Shown here piece by piece: positions 55,079 to 64,000 of a stretch of 64,000 nucleotides of DNA (positions are counted from its first letter, which is position 1; the number at the start of each line of letters is the position of its first letter). The stretch lies in the IMG/VR virus record IMGVR_UViG_3300027730_000005, one strand, 5' to 3'. The notes under the pieces were generated by a model. That model did no database searches and was not told the DNA's origin. It worked only from the letters and a program-made list of their open reading frames with translations. The position numbers and the translations under genes were made by a program. The DNA is from a virus (Duplodnaviria; Caudoviricetes).

Positions 55079-55548
55079 TTGTTTTTCTCAACGGGTTGAT
55101 TTAGTGCTGCCGCATTGTGCGTGTCAATAACGACTGAAGGTATAGGACAAATTTCCACAAAGCGAATCACTTCTTGATTGCGAACCACTTCTCTGTCTAT
55201 GTAACTAACAATGTTCTGTCCTTTTTCTCGTATGACTTTGGTGTTGTTTACCAGTTTGGTTATTACTTGTGTATTGGTTTCTGCACTGAGTTTTTCTGCT
55301 GCTGCTACTTTTGCTTCTGCTTCACGCACACGTTCTCGCCAGGCCATTTCTGTTGAATATCCGCCTTTGAAATAAACACCCGTGGTCAACAGCACTATGC
55401 CCAGGACCTGCAGAGGTATTCTATAAGTGTTTACAAACGGAATAAAACGCACAAAAAAGCCGGCCACTGTGGTCAGTGCGCCGGCTATTAGAATGGTGTT
55501 GACGATCCATGAAATGAATGCGTCAGGAAGAAGATGTAAGATCCACAT
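55075..55548 (-). CDS. i-spanin-like protein
   Basis: N-terminal TM segments, coiled coil, C-terminal CPIP…HN.AA; start at MWILH. Confidence 0.65.
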   Translation of the reverse strand: MWILHLLPDAFISWIVNTILIAGALTTVAGFFVRFIPFVNTYRIPLQVLGIVLLTTGVYFKGGYSTEMAWRERVREAEAKVAAAEKLSAETNTQVITKLVNNTKVIREKGQNIVSYIDREVVRNQEVIRFVEICPIPSVVIDTHNAAALNQPVEKNK

Positions 55549-55572
55549 GCAGATATTTATCTGCAAATGGTA

Positions 55573-56430
55573 TTATAATCCCATGCTTTTTCTTATGTTT
55601 GTAGCTGATATACTTGTGATAGATTCATCAAACTTTTCTTCTTCTATTGTATATCCTACCCCACGACCGTAGCCAATGTGAGTGATATTAGGAACTACTA
55701 ATATTTCGTATTGCCCTTGATACAATGTATCAAGATCTCGTTTAATAGCTTGTTTGACCTGGTCGATAGCAAATGGATTACTGCCTTGCCAGCCCTGGCA
55801 GTCGCGAATCATGATGCATACTTGTCCTGTTCGTTGTATCAATCTATCAAACAATGCACGATGCCCGGCATGCCACGGTTGCCAGCGACCCAACATCTGT
55901 ATAGTTTCTTTCTTGAAATCAAACACAGGTCTACGGCGATTGTCTAGTATGTGTTGCCCAATGAATTCTACCCATTTTTCAGCGTTTTGTTCTGTGATTC
56001 TGAAATCATATACATTCGGAGGAATAAAGGCTCGGTTAGTATCATCATATCTACCAGCATCAATTGTGTCCATCCAGATGGTCCAATCTGCTTTAAAATT
56101 GTTTCTCATTTCGGGCAATGGTGCAACAAAGTCACAGATAACAAAGTCGCCCGAACATTTAACAGCGAACTCAAACATTCTTAAACTTTGTCGAATTCTA
56201 CCTTCTCTGCTGAAATCCCAATCATTAAATCGTTTGCGTATTTCATCTGCGTTAAACCAGTCTACTTTTACATTGTAAAAATCAGGTCCAGGAATACCCT
56301 CATAATCTAACACACGCCCTGGAGATATTTTCATAACATCTCCGTGTTGTTCTAGATATCTTTTTAATTTTTCGGCAAAGTATGTTTTGCCTGCACCTGG
56401 AAGACCCATTATCAATATTTTTTGTGTCAT
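55573..56430 (-). CDS. Adenylylsulfate kinase-like domain fused to HIGH nucleotidyltransferase
   Basis: GLPGAGKT, NADEIRK…DFSREGR, DFVAP; GRWQPWHAGH; ISATNIR. Confidence 0.75.
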   Translation of the reverse strand: MTQKILIMGLPGAGKTYFAEKLKRYLEQHGDVMKISPGRVLDYEGIPGPDFYNVKVDWFNADEIRKRFNDWDFSREGRIRQSLRMFEFAVKCSGDFVICDFVAPLPEMRNNFKADWTIWMDTIDAGRYDDTNRAFIPPNVYDFRITEQNAEKWVEFIGQHILDNRRRPVFDFKKETIQMLGRWQPWHAGHRALFDRLIQRTGQVCIMIRDCQGWQGSNPFAIDQVKQAIKRDLDTLYQGQYEILVVPNITHIGYGRGVGYTIEEEKFDESITSISATNIRKSMGL

Positions 56431-56600
56431 ATGTGTTTCTTTAATGAATAAATTGCAACATCATCTTTGTGATGATGTGCAACGTTACTAAAGTATTTAC
56501 TGCCAGCGTTTTGCCACAGAATTATTTCCCTAGACTTTTGGAGTGGTGAATCAGGTTGCAAAACATTTAACCGTTCTGCAAATGATAGATGGTGTTTTGT

Positions 56601-57179
56601 TTATAGTATACCTGCTGCGGCTTGCATGGCCTGCAAGTCTTTGCTGACCTTGGTGTAGATGGGTTTTACATCTAGGCCAGCTGCAATACGCATCTCATTG
56701 AGATCGCCTTCTGTGCGTGCTCTATACTCATTGGGTGTAAGTGGAACCAGTTTGGCAAATGTTTCAGGGCTCCACTCATGCTTTTTCTTTTTGTACACCA
56801 TGATCCAATCGTCGGGCTCATATTCTGTGAGTGTATTAAGATCTTTGAGAATCTCGTCAATTTGCCCAGGTGCAGCATTACGACGGCGCATTTCTAAGTA
56901 CACTAGATAACGATTGGGTTTGATTTCGCCAGGGCTTTGGTCAGCATCAAGAACAAAGTCATATCCTTTTTCAAACCAATTCATGAGATCTTTGGCAGCT
57001 TGTTTGTCGCGAACAAAAAAGCTCACCACAATTACATCTGCATCTTCGCCCATCTTGGAACTGAATTCGTCGATATGCACGGTGGGCTTCATCATGCCCT
57101 CCATGTCTTTATAGCCTAACCCTTCGTTAAGCTGCCGGCGGCGCTGCTGCGGGTTGTTGAAGTTGTTGTTGTGCTGCAT
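56601..57179 (-). CDS. Hypothetical protein, start uncertain
   Basis: Long ORF overlapping the upstream gene end. Confidence 0.65.
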   Translation of the reverse strand: MQHNNNFNNPQQRRRQLNEGLGYKDMEGMMKPTVHIDEFSSKMGEDADVIVVSFFVRDKQAAKDLMNWFEKGYDFVLDADQSPGEIKPNRYLVYLEMRRRNAAPGQIDEILKDLNTLTEYEPDDWIMVYKKKKHEWSPETFAKLVPLTPNEYRARTEGDLNEMRIAAGLDVKPIYTKVSKDLQAMQAAAGIL

Positions 57180-57711
57180 TTGCTTTCTCTTCATCTTTGT
57201 ATTGATCTTTGTCGATATCTTCTGCGTAAGCATCGTCAAGATCTTGTAAATCTATTTCTTCACCTTCTAAATCAATGCTGCCTGTGCGTATATCTGCAAT
57301 CAGATTCTTGGGCATGACGATCTCGACCAACCATACTTTTTTAGTTATTAATCTAGCAATATGTGTACCAGCTTCGTAGTCACTGGGTTCTGTGACCTTG
57401 ATAGGAATCTTCATGTCTACTTTTTTGAATTTTACTTCACAATCAAATGGCAGCAATCTACGTCCACCACGTGGGTCTGGCATGAGATTTTCAGGCCACA
57501 TGAATATACAGCTTATTTTGTATTTGCCAATATCAGGACCTTGCACTAGTTCTCCGCGATCCCAGTTACGAAATGCATAGATATCCAGTTCATCAAGAAC
57601 TCGTTCAAAATCCAACAACGTGAGCAAACTGCCCTCACTAAGGTAGATATCACGGATGTTGTCGGCGACCATCCAGTAGTCTGTGTGATCTTTAAAGATG
57701 TTTTCGTCCAT
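57127..57711 (-). CDS. Hypothetical acidic protein
   Basis: ATG 5 nt after ATAAATA. Confidence 0.7.
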   Translation of the reverse strand: MDENIFKDHTDYWMVADNIRDIYLSEGSLLTLLDFERVLDELDIYAFRNWDRGELVQGPDIGKYKISCIFMWPENLMPDPRGGRRLLPFDCEVKFKKVDMKIPIKVTEPSDYEAGTHIARLITKKVWLVEIVMPKNLIADIRTGSIDLEGEEIDLQDLDDAYAEDIDKDQYKDEEKANAAQQQLQQPAAAPPAA

Positions 57712-57876
57712 ACAGATATTTATGGCAAGAGACTAGAACCTGTGCGCTTTGATTTTTTCCGCACAGAGAAATACTTATGCCGCAAATCTCTGAAATCTCG
57801 GTACATAGATCTCACACTACAAACACCTAAATATTCGTGCTAAACACAATTAGCAAACACTTTAGGAGAACCACAC

Positions 57877-58620
57877 TTGAGTAGACAACGCGGGGCTAAA
57901 GCCCAAATCCAAAAACGCATCACAACACATATGGTAGAAAACACAATTCCATTTAATCCAGAACCCAGGCAGCGACAACGACCTATAGAACTCATCCCAA
58001 AATCACGCAATCAAGAAAATCTCATATTAAATCTACTCAACTCAGAACAATCAATTGTAGTAGCAGTTGGCCCTGCAGGTACTGGTAAAACTTACCTGGC
58101 TATGTTGGCTGCTGTAAAAGCATTTAGAACAGGCGAATGTAAACGAATCATCCTAACACGACCGGCCATTGGCGTAGAAGACGAACAGCACGGGTTCTTA
58201 CCCGGGAATCTCGTTGCCAAGATGGAACCGTGGACTCGTCCCTTGCTGGATGTATTACGCGAATACTATCGCCCGCCCGAAATTGCAGCTATGATTGACG
58301 ACGGCACTATAGAAATATCACCCTTGGCCTACATGCGTGGACGAACATTTAAACATGCATGGATCATTGCGGACGAGATGCAGAACGCCACGCCATCACA
58401 GATGAAAATGTTGTTGAGTCGCATAGGCACTGAATCACGCATTGTGGTCACCGGAGATGTAGAACAAGCTGACCGCGCCCGAGGCGAAAATGGTCTGTTA
58501 GATCTTTGTTCACGGTTAGAGCATTATCCAGTCAACGGAATGGCTGTTTGCAGGCTAACCGGGCGAGACATACAACGCCACCCAATTATAGGGAGTGTAC
58601 TTGCACTATACGACAAATAA
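57877..58620 (+). CDS. phoH: PhoH family ATPase
   Basis: GPAGTGKT, LTRPA, GFLPG, LAYMRGRTF, DEMQN, GDVEQAD; TTG start. Confidence 0.92.
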   Translation: MSRQRGAKAQIQKRITTHMVENTIPFNPEPRQRQRPIELIPKSRNQENLILNLLNSEQSIVVAVGPAGTGKTYLAMLAAVKAFRTGECKRIILTRPAIGVEDEQHGFLPGNLVAKMEPWTRPLLDVLREYYRPPEIAAMIDDGTIEISPLAYMRGRTFKHAWIIADEMQNATPSQMKMLLSRIGTESRIVVTGDVEQADRARGENGLLDLCSRLEHYPVNGMAVCRLTGRDIQRHPIIGSVLALYDK

Positions 58621-58649
58621 CTGATCCACAGTAATGGGCCTTGTGCCCA

Positions 58650-58934
58650 TTACTCTGTGACTGCTGGTGCGGCCTTTACCAATTCGTATCCGTTTTCTGC
58701 AAACAGTCGATTGATGATGTTTTCATAATGCTGAATGTAGTATTCTACGATCTTGTTAAAGTCCTTGGGCACATTTACCCCATTCATGTGGGCTTTAACT
58801 ACTTGAAGTTTTTTGAAATCTAAGATTACATTGCAGGTCTGAATATCTTTGGTTTTGAGATTTTTAGATATCTCGGCAATTTCGTCGATTTTACCATCAG
58901 ATTTTAGATAAAAGGTGATTAGAAAATATCTCAT
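58650..58934 (-). CDS. Hypothetical protein
   Basis: ATGA overlap with the clamp loader gene. Confidence 0.65.
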   Translation of the reverse strand: MRYFLITFYLKSDGKIDEIAEISKNLKTKDIQTCNVILDFKKLQVVKAHMNGVNVPKDFNKIVEYYIQHYENIINRLFAENGYELVKAAPAVTE

Positions 58935-59860
58935 TTTAGATTTGCCAATTCAATTATGGTAGCACTCAAGTTGATCTCAACATCAGCAACTGAGTTATGA
59001 TTTACAATACCATTGCGAATGATCACAACTGCTTGATCTTTTTGTTCGTCAGTGTCACCCCAAAGATCTAAATTATCATACATCCAACGGAATACATCTT
59101 CAGCTTCTTCTGGTGTGCTGCTTTGGCAAAGCAAAGTACGTGCTTGTCGAATTTGTCCACGCTTGAACATATCCACACAGTCCAGTTTCCAATCCTTGGC
59201 TGCTTTGTCTGTGGCACTGGGTGGTGCCAATGTGCCCGACTGTGAATTCATTTGTGTTAGATTCAGACACTTGCGTAGATCGGGATATGTGGCTTTGACG
59301 TATGTGTCTAACACATCCAAATCAAACTCCACACCTTCAGTTACTAGCACAGTAGCTACTCGTGCCGTGAACTCTGTGTGATCAGTCTTGGTAATATGAA
59401 ATCCTTGACAACGACTATGTATTGGATCAATAATCTTGTGAGGATAGTTACAAGTCATAATGAATCGCACTGTGCTGGAATAATCTTCCATCAGATTGCG
59501 CAATGCTGGCTGTACACTTTCCTTGTTCATGTAGTCAGCTTCATCAATCAGCACAACTTTGAACCGGCCAAATGGCATAGTTTGTACAAAGCTGATCAGC
59601 TTGTCTACCCATTCAATCTTGCGACCTTCCTTGGATCCATTTACATACATTACATCGTACTGATCTATTCCTAGTTCGTTGATCAGTACTTTGGCCAAAG
59701 TGGTCTTGCCCGTACCTGCTGCACCACTCAGCAACAGATGTGGAATTGTACCTTCTCGGATCCATGATTGCACTTGTTCTCGCTGAGAGTCATCCACAAA
59801 CACATATCCGTCAACTGTGCTTGGCCTGTGCGCCTCAACCCATAACTGTCGCATATTCAA
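58931..59860 (-). CDS. Clamp loader ATPase subunit (gp44/RFC-like)
   Basis: WVEAHRP, GAAGTGKT, IDEADY, SRC. Confidence 0.88.
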   Translation of the reverse strand: MNMRQLWVEAHRPSTVDGYVFVDDSQREQVQSWIREGTIPHLLLSGAAGTGKTTLAKVLINELGIDQYDVMYVNGSKEGRKIEWVDKLISFVQTMPFGRFKVVLIDEADYMNKESVQPALRNLMEDYSSTVRFIMTCNYPHKIIDPIHSRCQGFHITKTDHTEFTARVATVLVTEGVEFDLDVLDTYVKATYPDLRKCLNLTQMNSQSGTLAPPSATDKAAKDWKLDCVDMFKRGQIRQARTLLCQSSTPEEAEDVFRWMYDNLDLWGDTDEQKDQAVVIIRNGIVNHNSVADVEINLSATIIELANLK

Positions 59861-59888
59861 TCCTTTGTTGATTTAAAACTAATATCAC

Positions 59889-59918
59889 ATTATACCCTTG
59901 TTTGACGCAGGTTGTCAA
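59889..59918 (-). promoter_or_regulatory. Sigma70-type promoter
   Basis: TTGACA-18 bp-TATAAT. Confidence 0.7.
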
Positions 59919-59962
59919 CTTTGCTTTGTTCTTTTCCTCTAACACTGTATGGGCGTCGCCCA

Positions 59963-60151
59963 TTATGTGCGCCCAAGTGGAATGTTTTTGCCAAGCTGTT
60001 GTTCGTGCGAAGATTGTGTTTGCAATTCAGCGGGCAGTGGTGGTGGAACATAACGTTCTTTTGGTAGTTTCTTGCCAAATATTGATTCGTGCCGATTGGC
60101 CAATTCTTCTTGATCCACCGTGGATTTTCTTGGTCTTGATCCTCTACTCAT
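59963..60151 (-). CDS. Hypothetical protein
   Basis: ATGA overlap with the upstream gene. Confidence 0.5.
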   Translation of the reverse strand: MSRGSRPRKSTVDQEELANRHESIFGKKLPKERYVPPPLPAELQTQSSHEQQLGKNIPLGRT

Positions 60152-60396
60152 ACCAGTTCCTCAACAATGCCCAACATTTCGGCTGCAATGAGTAATGCTC
60201 CGCCAATCACAAGTGATCCTTGAATAAATGCAATACCTGCAACTATTCTAAGTGCGCTTTTGACCAGACTTACATAAAAGTGTCCGCGGCTGGTATCTTT
60301 GGGTTGAATTTCTATCATGGATTTCCTATGTGGGCAACGCCCCTGTTTATAATCACAGTCTGGTTGAATCAGACTGTGACAAATTTTACATTTCAT
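60148..60396 (-). CDS. Small protein with CxxC and membrane segment
   Basis: CKIC…C…C; hydrophobic C-terminus. Confidence 0.55.
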   Translation of the reverse strand: MKCKICHSLIQPDCDYKQGRCPHRKSMIEIQPKDTSRGHFYVSLVKSALRIVAGIAFIQGSLVIGGALLIAAEMLGIVEELV

Positions 60397-60884
60397 TGTT
60401 GTGTCAAACCACGTTCTACTTCAGCTTTGGCCACACGTCGACGTAGACTTGAACTGGAAAAAGAATGATCTCTTTTGTTGAATACTAGTTCGATGCCTCG
60501 TCGACTACCTTCGTCTCGACCAGTAAAATCTTTGTCGCAGTATTCCACGCCCAAGATACGTACATCCACGGGCAGGATCAATAACAGATCAATGAGATCT
60601 TGTTCAGTTTGATACACCACAACTTCGTCCACATAGCGGCAAGCAGCCAATTGTATTTGACGTTCTACTATGCTTTGTACTGGTGAGTTTTTGGTATCTG
60701 GTCGATCTATTGTGGGATCAGTTTGTAGCCCGGCAATGAGATAATCACAGTGGTTCTTGGCTTCACTTAACATGGCAATATGGCCTGCATGAAACATGTC
60801 AAATGCCGAAAAAACAATCCCAATTTTCTTGCCATCCTTCTTGAGCTGTTTGATGTGATTGAAAATCAATTGTGTTGCATCCAC
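60393..60884 (-). CDS. Glycerol-3-phosphate cytidylyltransferase-like (TagD family)
   Basis: SAFDMFHAGH, GLQTDP, ER.IQL.ACRYVDEV, FSSSSLR. Confidence 0.82.
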   Translation of the reverse strand: MDATQLIFNHIKQLKKDGKKIGIVFSAFDMFHAGHIAMLSEAKNHCDYLIAGLQTDPTIDRPDTKNSPVQSIVERQIQLAACRYVDEVVVYQTEQDLIDLLLILPVDVRILGVEYCDKDFTGRDEGSRRGIELVFNKRDHSFSSSSLRRRVAKAEVERGLTQQ

Positions 60885-61267
60885 TCAGGTTTGGCTTCCA
60901 CATGGATTGCTGTGGAGAAAGTGTCATCGTTGGGCTGTTCGTCTGATACCATCATGATATCTTTGGGATCCACACGACGTAGAGTTACCTTGCCGTTTTC
61001 ATCTTCAATATCAATACCTCGAGTCCAACGCCCATGTTCAACACAGATCCATTGCCCAGGAACAACATCTTGTTGCTCAGGGCCCACTGCATACACTTGG
61101 CCCCAGCGCGGGCGAATGCCAGTGCTTTTGCCATTGTCGTTAGGGATAATAATACCACTTGTGGTAATACGTGAATCAAAAACCATGTCACTCACAATCA
61201 CTGAATTTTTCAGTGGTACAATTTGTTGACGTTTTAGTTGGTGTGGCTGAAAAGCAAATTTACTCAT
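60866..61267 (-). CDS. groES: GroES-like co-chaperonin
   Basis: PLKNSVIV, TTSGIIIP, GQVYAVGP. Confidence 0.75.
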   Translation of the reverse strand: MSKFAFQPHQLKRQQIVPLKNSVIVSDMVFDSRITTSGIIIPNDNGKSTGIRPRWGQVYAVGPEQQDVVPGQWICVEHGRWTRGIDIEDENGKVTLRRVDPKDIMMVSDEQPNDDTFSTAIHVEAKPEWMQHN

Positions 61268-61669
61268 TTATTCCTCGTTAGGGTGTGTTGCTGCACGAGC
61301 CATGGCAGCAGCCAGGCCTGTTACGGGTTGTTCAACTGGCGGCACTGCACCCTGAGCTCGCAAGGCCTGGCGGTGCAATCTTGCTTGCTCTAGTTTTTCC
61401 TGATCAGCTGCTCGAATGGCTGCAACATCTGCATCTTTTTGTGCTTGTGTGCTGGTAGGAATTGGTTCAGGTGCTGCATTGGTAGTACGATTTAGATTGC
61501 GATTGACCTGTTGTGCTCTAGTAGAGATAATGTTTCCATCAGCATCTAGTTTATCGCCTCGGGCGTTCACTTGCATATTGCCCACCGCTCGCACTTGTTC
61601 ATTTTGTGCTTGTAATGCACCAAAGTCAACAACTCGACCTTGCGCTGTTCTGTAAATTTTCTTTGACAT
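61268..61669 (-). CDS. Hypothetical protein
   Basis: AAGGAG RBS, TAAATA motif upstream. Confidence 0.7.
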   Translation of the reverse strand: MSKKIYRTAQGRVVDFGALQAQNEQVRAVGNMQVNARGDKLDADGNIISTRAQQVNRNLNRTTNAAPEPIPTSTQAQKDADVAAIRAADQEKLEQARLHRQALRAQGAVPPVEQPVTGLAAAMARAATHPNEE

Positions 61670-61688
61670 AATTGTCTCCTTGAGATAT

Positions 61689-62207
61689 TTAACGCAGGAA
61701 CTCTGCGATATCTAAATTGTAGTGCAGGCTGTCTATTCTATGTACCCCCAATAGATACAACACATAGCTGGCCACTGAGCTCCCACGTCCTACACCCCAA
61801 ATTAGATTGTTTTGTTTCATGATATCTACTAGAAATTTTAGATATTGTAATAGACTAAACAAGTCACGTTCTTGATACAGTAATAGTTCTTCTCCTACAC
61901 GCTGTAATGCTGCTTCAGATTGGCATAGGTTTAACACATGTTCTGCAATGTCTAAGTTTTTGTATTGGTCAGGCATGAGCCAATTGCGTTGGTTTGTATG
62001 ATCAAATTCTTCTACTGTTACATCCTGCAATGCTAGTTTGTTGTATTTTACAAAAGCAGGAATATTTTCCAAAATTACAGCAGATGTTTCTAAATTCACA
62101 GTGGCATCCACCAGCATGCCATCTACTTGCATACTATGCCCACGCATGAGCATGTTTACACAGTCGTCTTCGTTGTAGATCAGTTGACCTAGATGATCAG
62201 TTCTCAT
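61689..62207 (-). CDS. Stand-alone fragment of DNA polymerase III alpha (DnaE) ending after the RGS motif
   Basis: RVGEELLLY…WGVGRGSSVASYVLYLLGVHRIDSL…EFLR; start at MRTDH. Confidence 0.7.
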   Translation of the reverse strand: MRTDHLGQLIYNEDDCVNMLMRGHSMQVDGMLVDATVNLETSAVILENIPAFVKYNKLALQDVTVEEFDHTNQRNWLMPDQYKNLDIAEHVLNLCQSEAALQRVGEELLLYQERDLFSLLQYLKFLVDIMKQNNLIWGVGRGSSVASYVLYLLGVHRIDSLHYNLDIAEFLR

Positions 62208-62811
62208 CGCTAGGAAACTTAGCAAATACCACGGTATTGGTAGTAGAGTCAGTAATGGGTGTTGATGTTCCGCTCCACTCAAGATCTAAATCACGCCAAG
62301 CTGGTGTACGATTTAGTTTGACCACTTGTTTTTTGTTGCCTATGGCAGGTTTGAAATTGTTATGGATAGGACCAGCATCAACCCACCAACCTGGCTCATC
62401 ACACGGCCCTAAACTTTCTTGATCGCTGTGCAAGTATCGAACATTGTCTCCAAGGTTACTTTGTATGGTTATGTCTGTTATTATCATTCGTTGTTCTAAA
62501 ATTGCGTTGAGTTTACAGTATAACATAATACCTATCACCTGGTCAATGGGCTCTTCGGGCAATGGAGTAATATTAATACCTGCTGTGGTCAGCGCTTGCA
62601 TCTGTTCTTGATTATCTTGTTTGATAAACACAGTGTTGGTAAGTTCGTTATATACAAAATGATTCAACCGTTCCAAACTGGTCACATGATCGTCTTGATT
62701 GGTGGTGTTGGTATAGATAGACAATTCGGCTGTGTAATCATTGATTTGTAGGCGACCGTCAAACCATATGGCAGCACTCCATGCCATGTCATATTCTAAT
62801 CTTACGTTCAT
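62197..62811 (-). CDS. Hypothetical protein
   Basis: 204-aa ORF. Confidence 0.7.
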   Translation of the reverse strand: MNVRLEYDMAWSAAIWFDGRLQINDYTAELSIYTNTTNQDDHVTSLERLNHFVYNELTNTVFIKQDNQEQMQALTTAGINITPLPEEPIDQVIGIMLYCKLNAILEQRMIITDITIQSNLGDNVRYLHSDQESLGPCDEPGWWVDAGPIHNNFKPAIGNKKQVVKLNRTPAWRDLDLEWSGTSTPITDSTTNTVVFAKFPSDEN

Positions 62812-63047
62812 GATATATCAATCTTGTTGTTAAATGAGTTGTTTTCGCCTGGTGGCGGTGAGTTCAGCGCCATCATTTTTTGTTGATGTTTACCAGTATA
62901 GCTTGCCAATGCCATGCGAATTTGGTCACAGAGATAGCTATTGCCCATCCTATGCGCTATGCTGAGTTTTTTATGTAGTTCAGAAATTTTTGACCCTAGT
63001 TGTTCTAAGGTCAAATCTTCTAAATTGTTGATAAACGGGTGTTCCAT
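62808..63047 (-). CDS. Hypothetical coiled-coil protein
   Basis: AAGGAG RBS. Confidence 0.7.
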   Translation of the reverse strand: MEHPFINNLEDLTLEQLGSKISELHKKLSIAHRMGNSYLCDQIRMALASYTGKHQQKMMALNSPPPGENNSFNNKIDIS

Positions 63048-63099
63048 TTGACTCCTTGCTGATTAAGTTTACAGCAACAGTCGGCTAAAGTCAACGCAT

Positions 63100-63996
63100 T
63101 TAGGCAAATACAGTTCCGTTGTTGCCAATACAGAACCATTTGTTGTTGATGTATTGCAATGTTACTGCACTACCAATGGTGTTGAATGTGATAGTCCCTG
63201 TACCAGAAGTTTTCCATCCAGCATTGGTTACGGTGACCACCATGTCCCCTGCATTGGCCAACATCATGATAGTTTTGATTTGACCGTTATAGCCAGCTGC
63301 TAACGTGGCAGTTGCAGCACCTCCACTAGTGGCAAAATATGTAGCTGTGGTAGTGATATTAATGGCACCTAATGCTCCACTACCTGTGCCAAGATTTTGA
63401 GTGCTGGGTAGATAAATTGGATCCTGGTTCTGACTAGAATCAAATACCGAAATAGTAGTACCGCCATTGCTGGTAGTGAAATCGTATGTGTATGTTCCTG
63501 TCTTATTATAAGTGATCACTCCGGCGTTATACCCTTGTAGATTACTGGTTCCCACGCTGACAGTATTGGGTAACGTAACAGTATAACCAATATTAGTTAC
63601 TGTGATTTCCACACGAACTATACCAAAATTACCAGCTGCTGGAAAGTTGGTAAATGCCAAAGATATTGATCCACTGGTGGTCACAGTTTGATAGTGCCCG
63701 TCAACATAATCAATGGTCACTGAGCCTGATTGATTGCCTAGCTGGGCTACTATTGCACTGAAATCAGAAATGTTGGCATTACTTAATGGGCTGCCAGCCA
63801 TGTCGTTGTCCAATACAGTGCCTACTAATGCTGCTTTAAGCACTGCTTTGCTTTGAAGATCAGTAATTTCATTGGCTGCATACTGAAAGTTAGTTTTGGT
63901 ATTGGTGAAGTTGTCACGAAAACCTTGACTGTTGTTATCTTGTCCGGCTACTGGATAGGTGCCGTCGATGTCGTTTGGGTTAATTGCACTGGTCAT
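63100..63996 (-). CDS. Probable virion structural (tail/baseplate-associated) protein
   Basis: Thr/Gly/Asn-rich beta-strand composition; YPVAGQDNNSQGFRDNF N-terminus. Confidence 0.5.
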   Translation of the reverse strand: MTSAINPNDIDGTYPVAGQDNNSQGFRDNFTNTKTNFQYAANEITDLQSKAVLKAALVGTVLDNDMAGSPLSNANISDFSAIVAQLGNQSGSVTIDYVDGHYQTVTTSGSISLAFTNFPAAGNFGIVRVEITVTNIGYTVTLPNTVSVGTSNLQGYNAGVITYNKTGTYTYDFTTSNGGTTISVFDSSQNQDPIYLPSTQNLGTGSGALGAINITTTATYFATSGGAATATLAAGYNGQIKTIMMLANAGDMVVTVTNAGWKTSGTGTITFNTIGSAVTLQYINNKWFCIGNNGTVFA

Positions 63997-64000
63997 ATGT

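Noticed and set aside
57127-57239. Long dual-coding overlap as a functional feature
   Set aside because: The start of the downstream gene is uncertain; a later Met removes the overlap, and low-complexity CAA/GCA runs keep frames open by chance.
62197-62811. Third T-fold/QueD-like protein
   Set aside because: Only a vague resemblance around LPEEP…L; no His or Cys metal ligands, and far from the que cluster.
227-63047. Most plus-strand ORFs and nested minus-strand ORFs in the track (e.g. 5861-6190, 35550-35981, 47514-47777, 59052-59381)
   Set aside because: Shadow frames of well-supported genes, with no RBS or motifs. Only the three endonuclease-like genes and phoH are accepted on the plus strand.
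1-64000. tRNA/rRNA genes, prophage boundaries, stop-codon recoding
   Set aside because: No cloverleaf or rRNA-like tract seen in the short intergenic gaps; no integrase or host housekeeping block; long conserved genes are intact in the standard code.

Overview
The window is 64 kb of a large lytic dsDNA tailed phage with T4-like (Straboviridae-like or jumbo) gene content. It is gene-dense and almost entirely on the minus strand; a spanin pair points to a Gram-negative host. Left to right: (1) 1-4.3 kb, an early region of tiny ORFs behind consensus sigma70 promoters, with a repeated paralog family joined by a conserved RBS/stop-start junction. (2) 4.4-9.5 kb, nucleotide and replication accessory genes (methyltransferase, MazG-like, RNase H-like exonuclease). 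(3) 9.5-24.3 kb, a 7-deazaguanine cluster (folE, queD, queE, TGT-fold dpdA, a second QueD-like T-fold protein, no queC in the window) interleaved with three glycosyltransferases, GalE, a minimal DegT-like aminotransferase, a B12 radical SAM enzyme, a methyltransferase and a MutH-like nuclease; a preQ1-I-like RNA element lies upstream of queD. (4) 24.3-30.1 kb, sliding clamp, family B polymerase, DsbA-like protein. (5) 30.2-46.6 kb, an array of genes most of which start with a peptide resembling the T4 capsid-targeting sequence (M-R/K-x-x-E-F-x-x-E); several are polyproteins of enzyme modules separated by V/L/I-x-E linkers. (6) 46.6-64 kb, nucleotidyltransferases, ClpA/DnaJ/GroES, lysis cassette, PhoH, clamp loader, a DnaE fragment and a structural gene. 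No tRNA, rRNA, CRISPR array or integrase was recognised. All family calls come from motifs read by eye; no searches were run.
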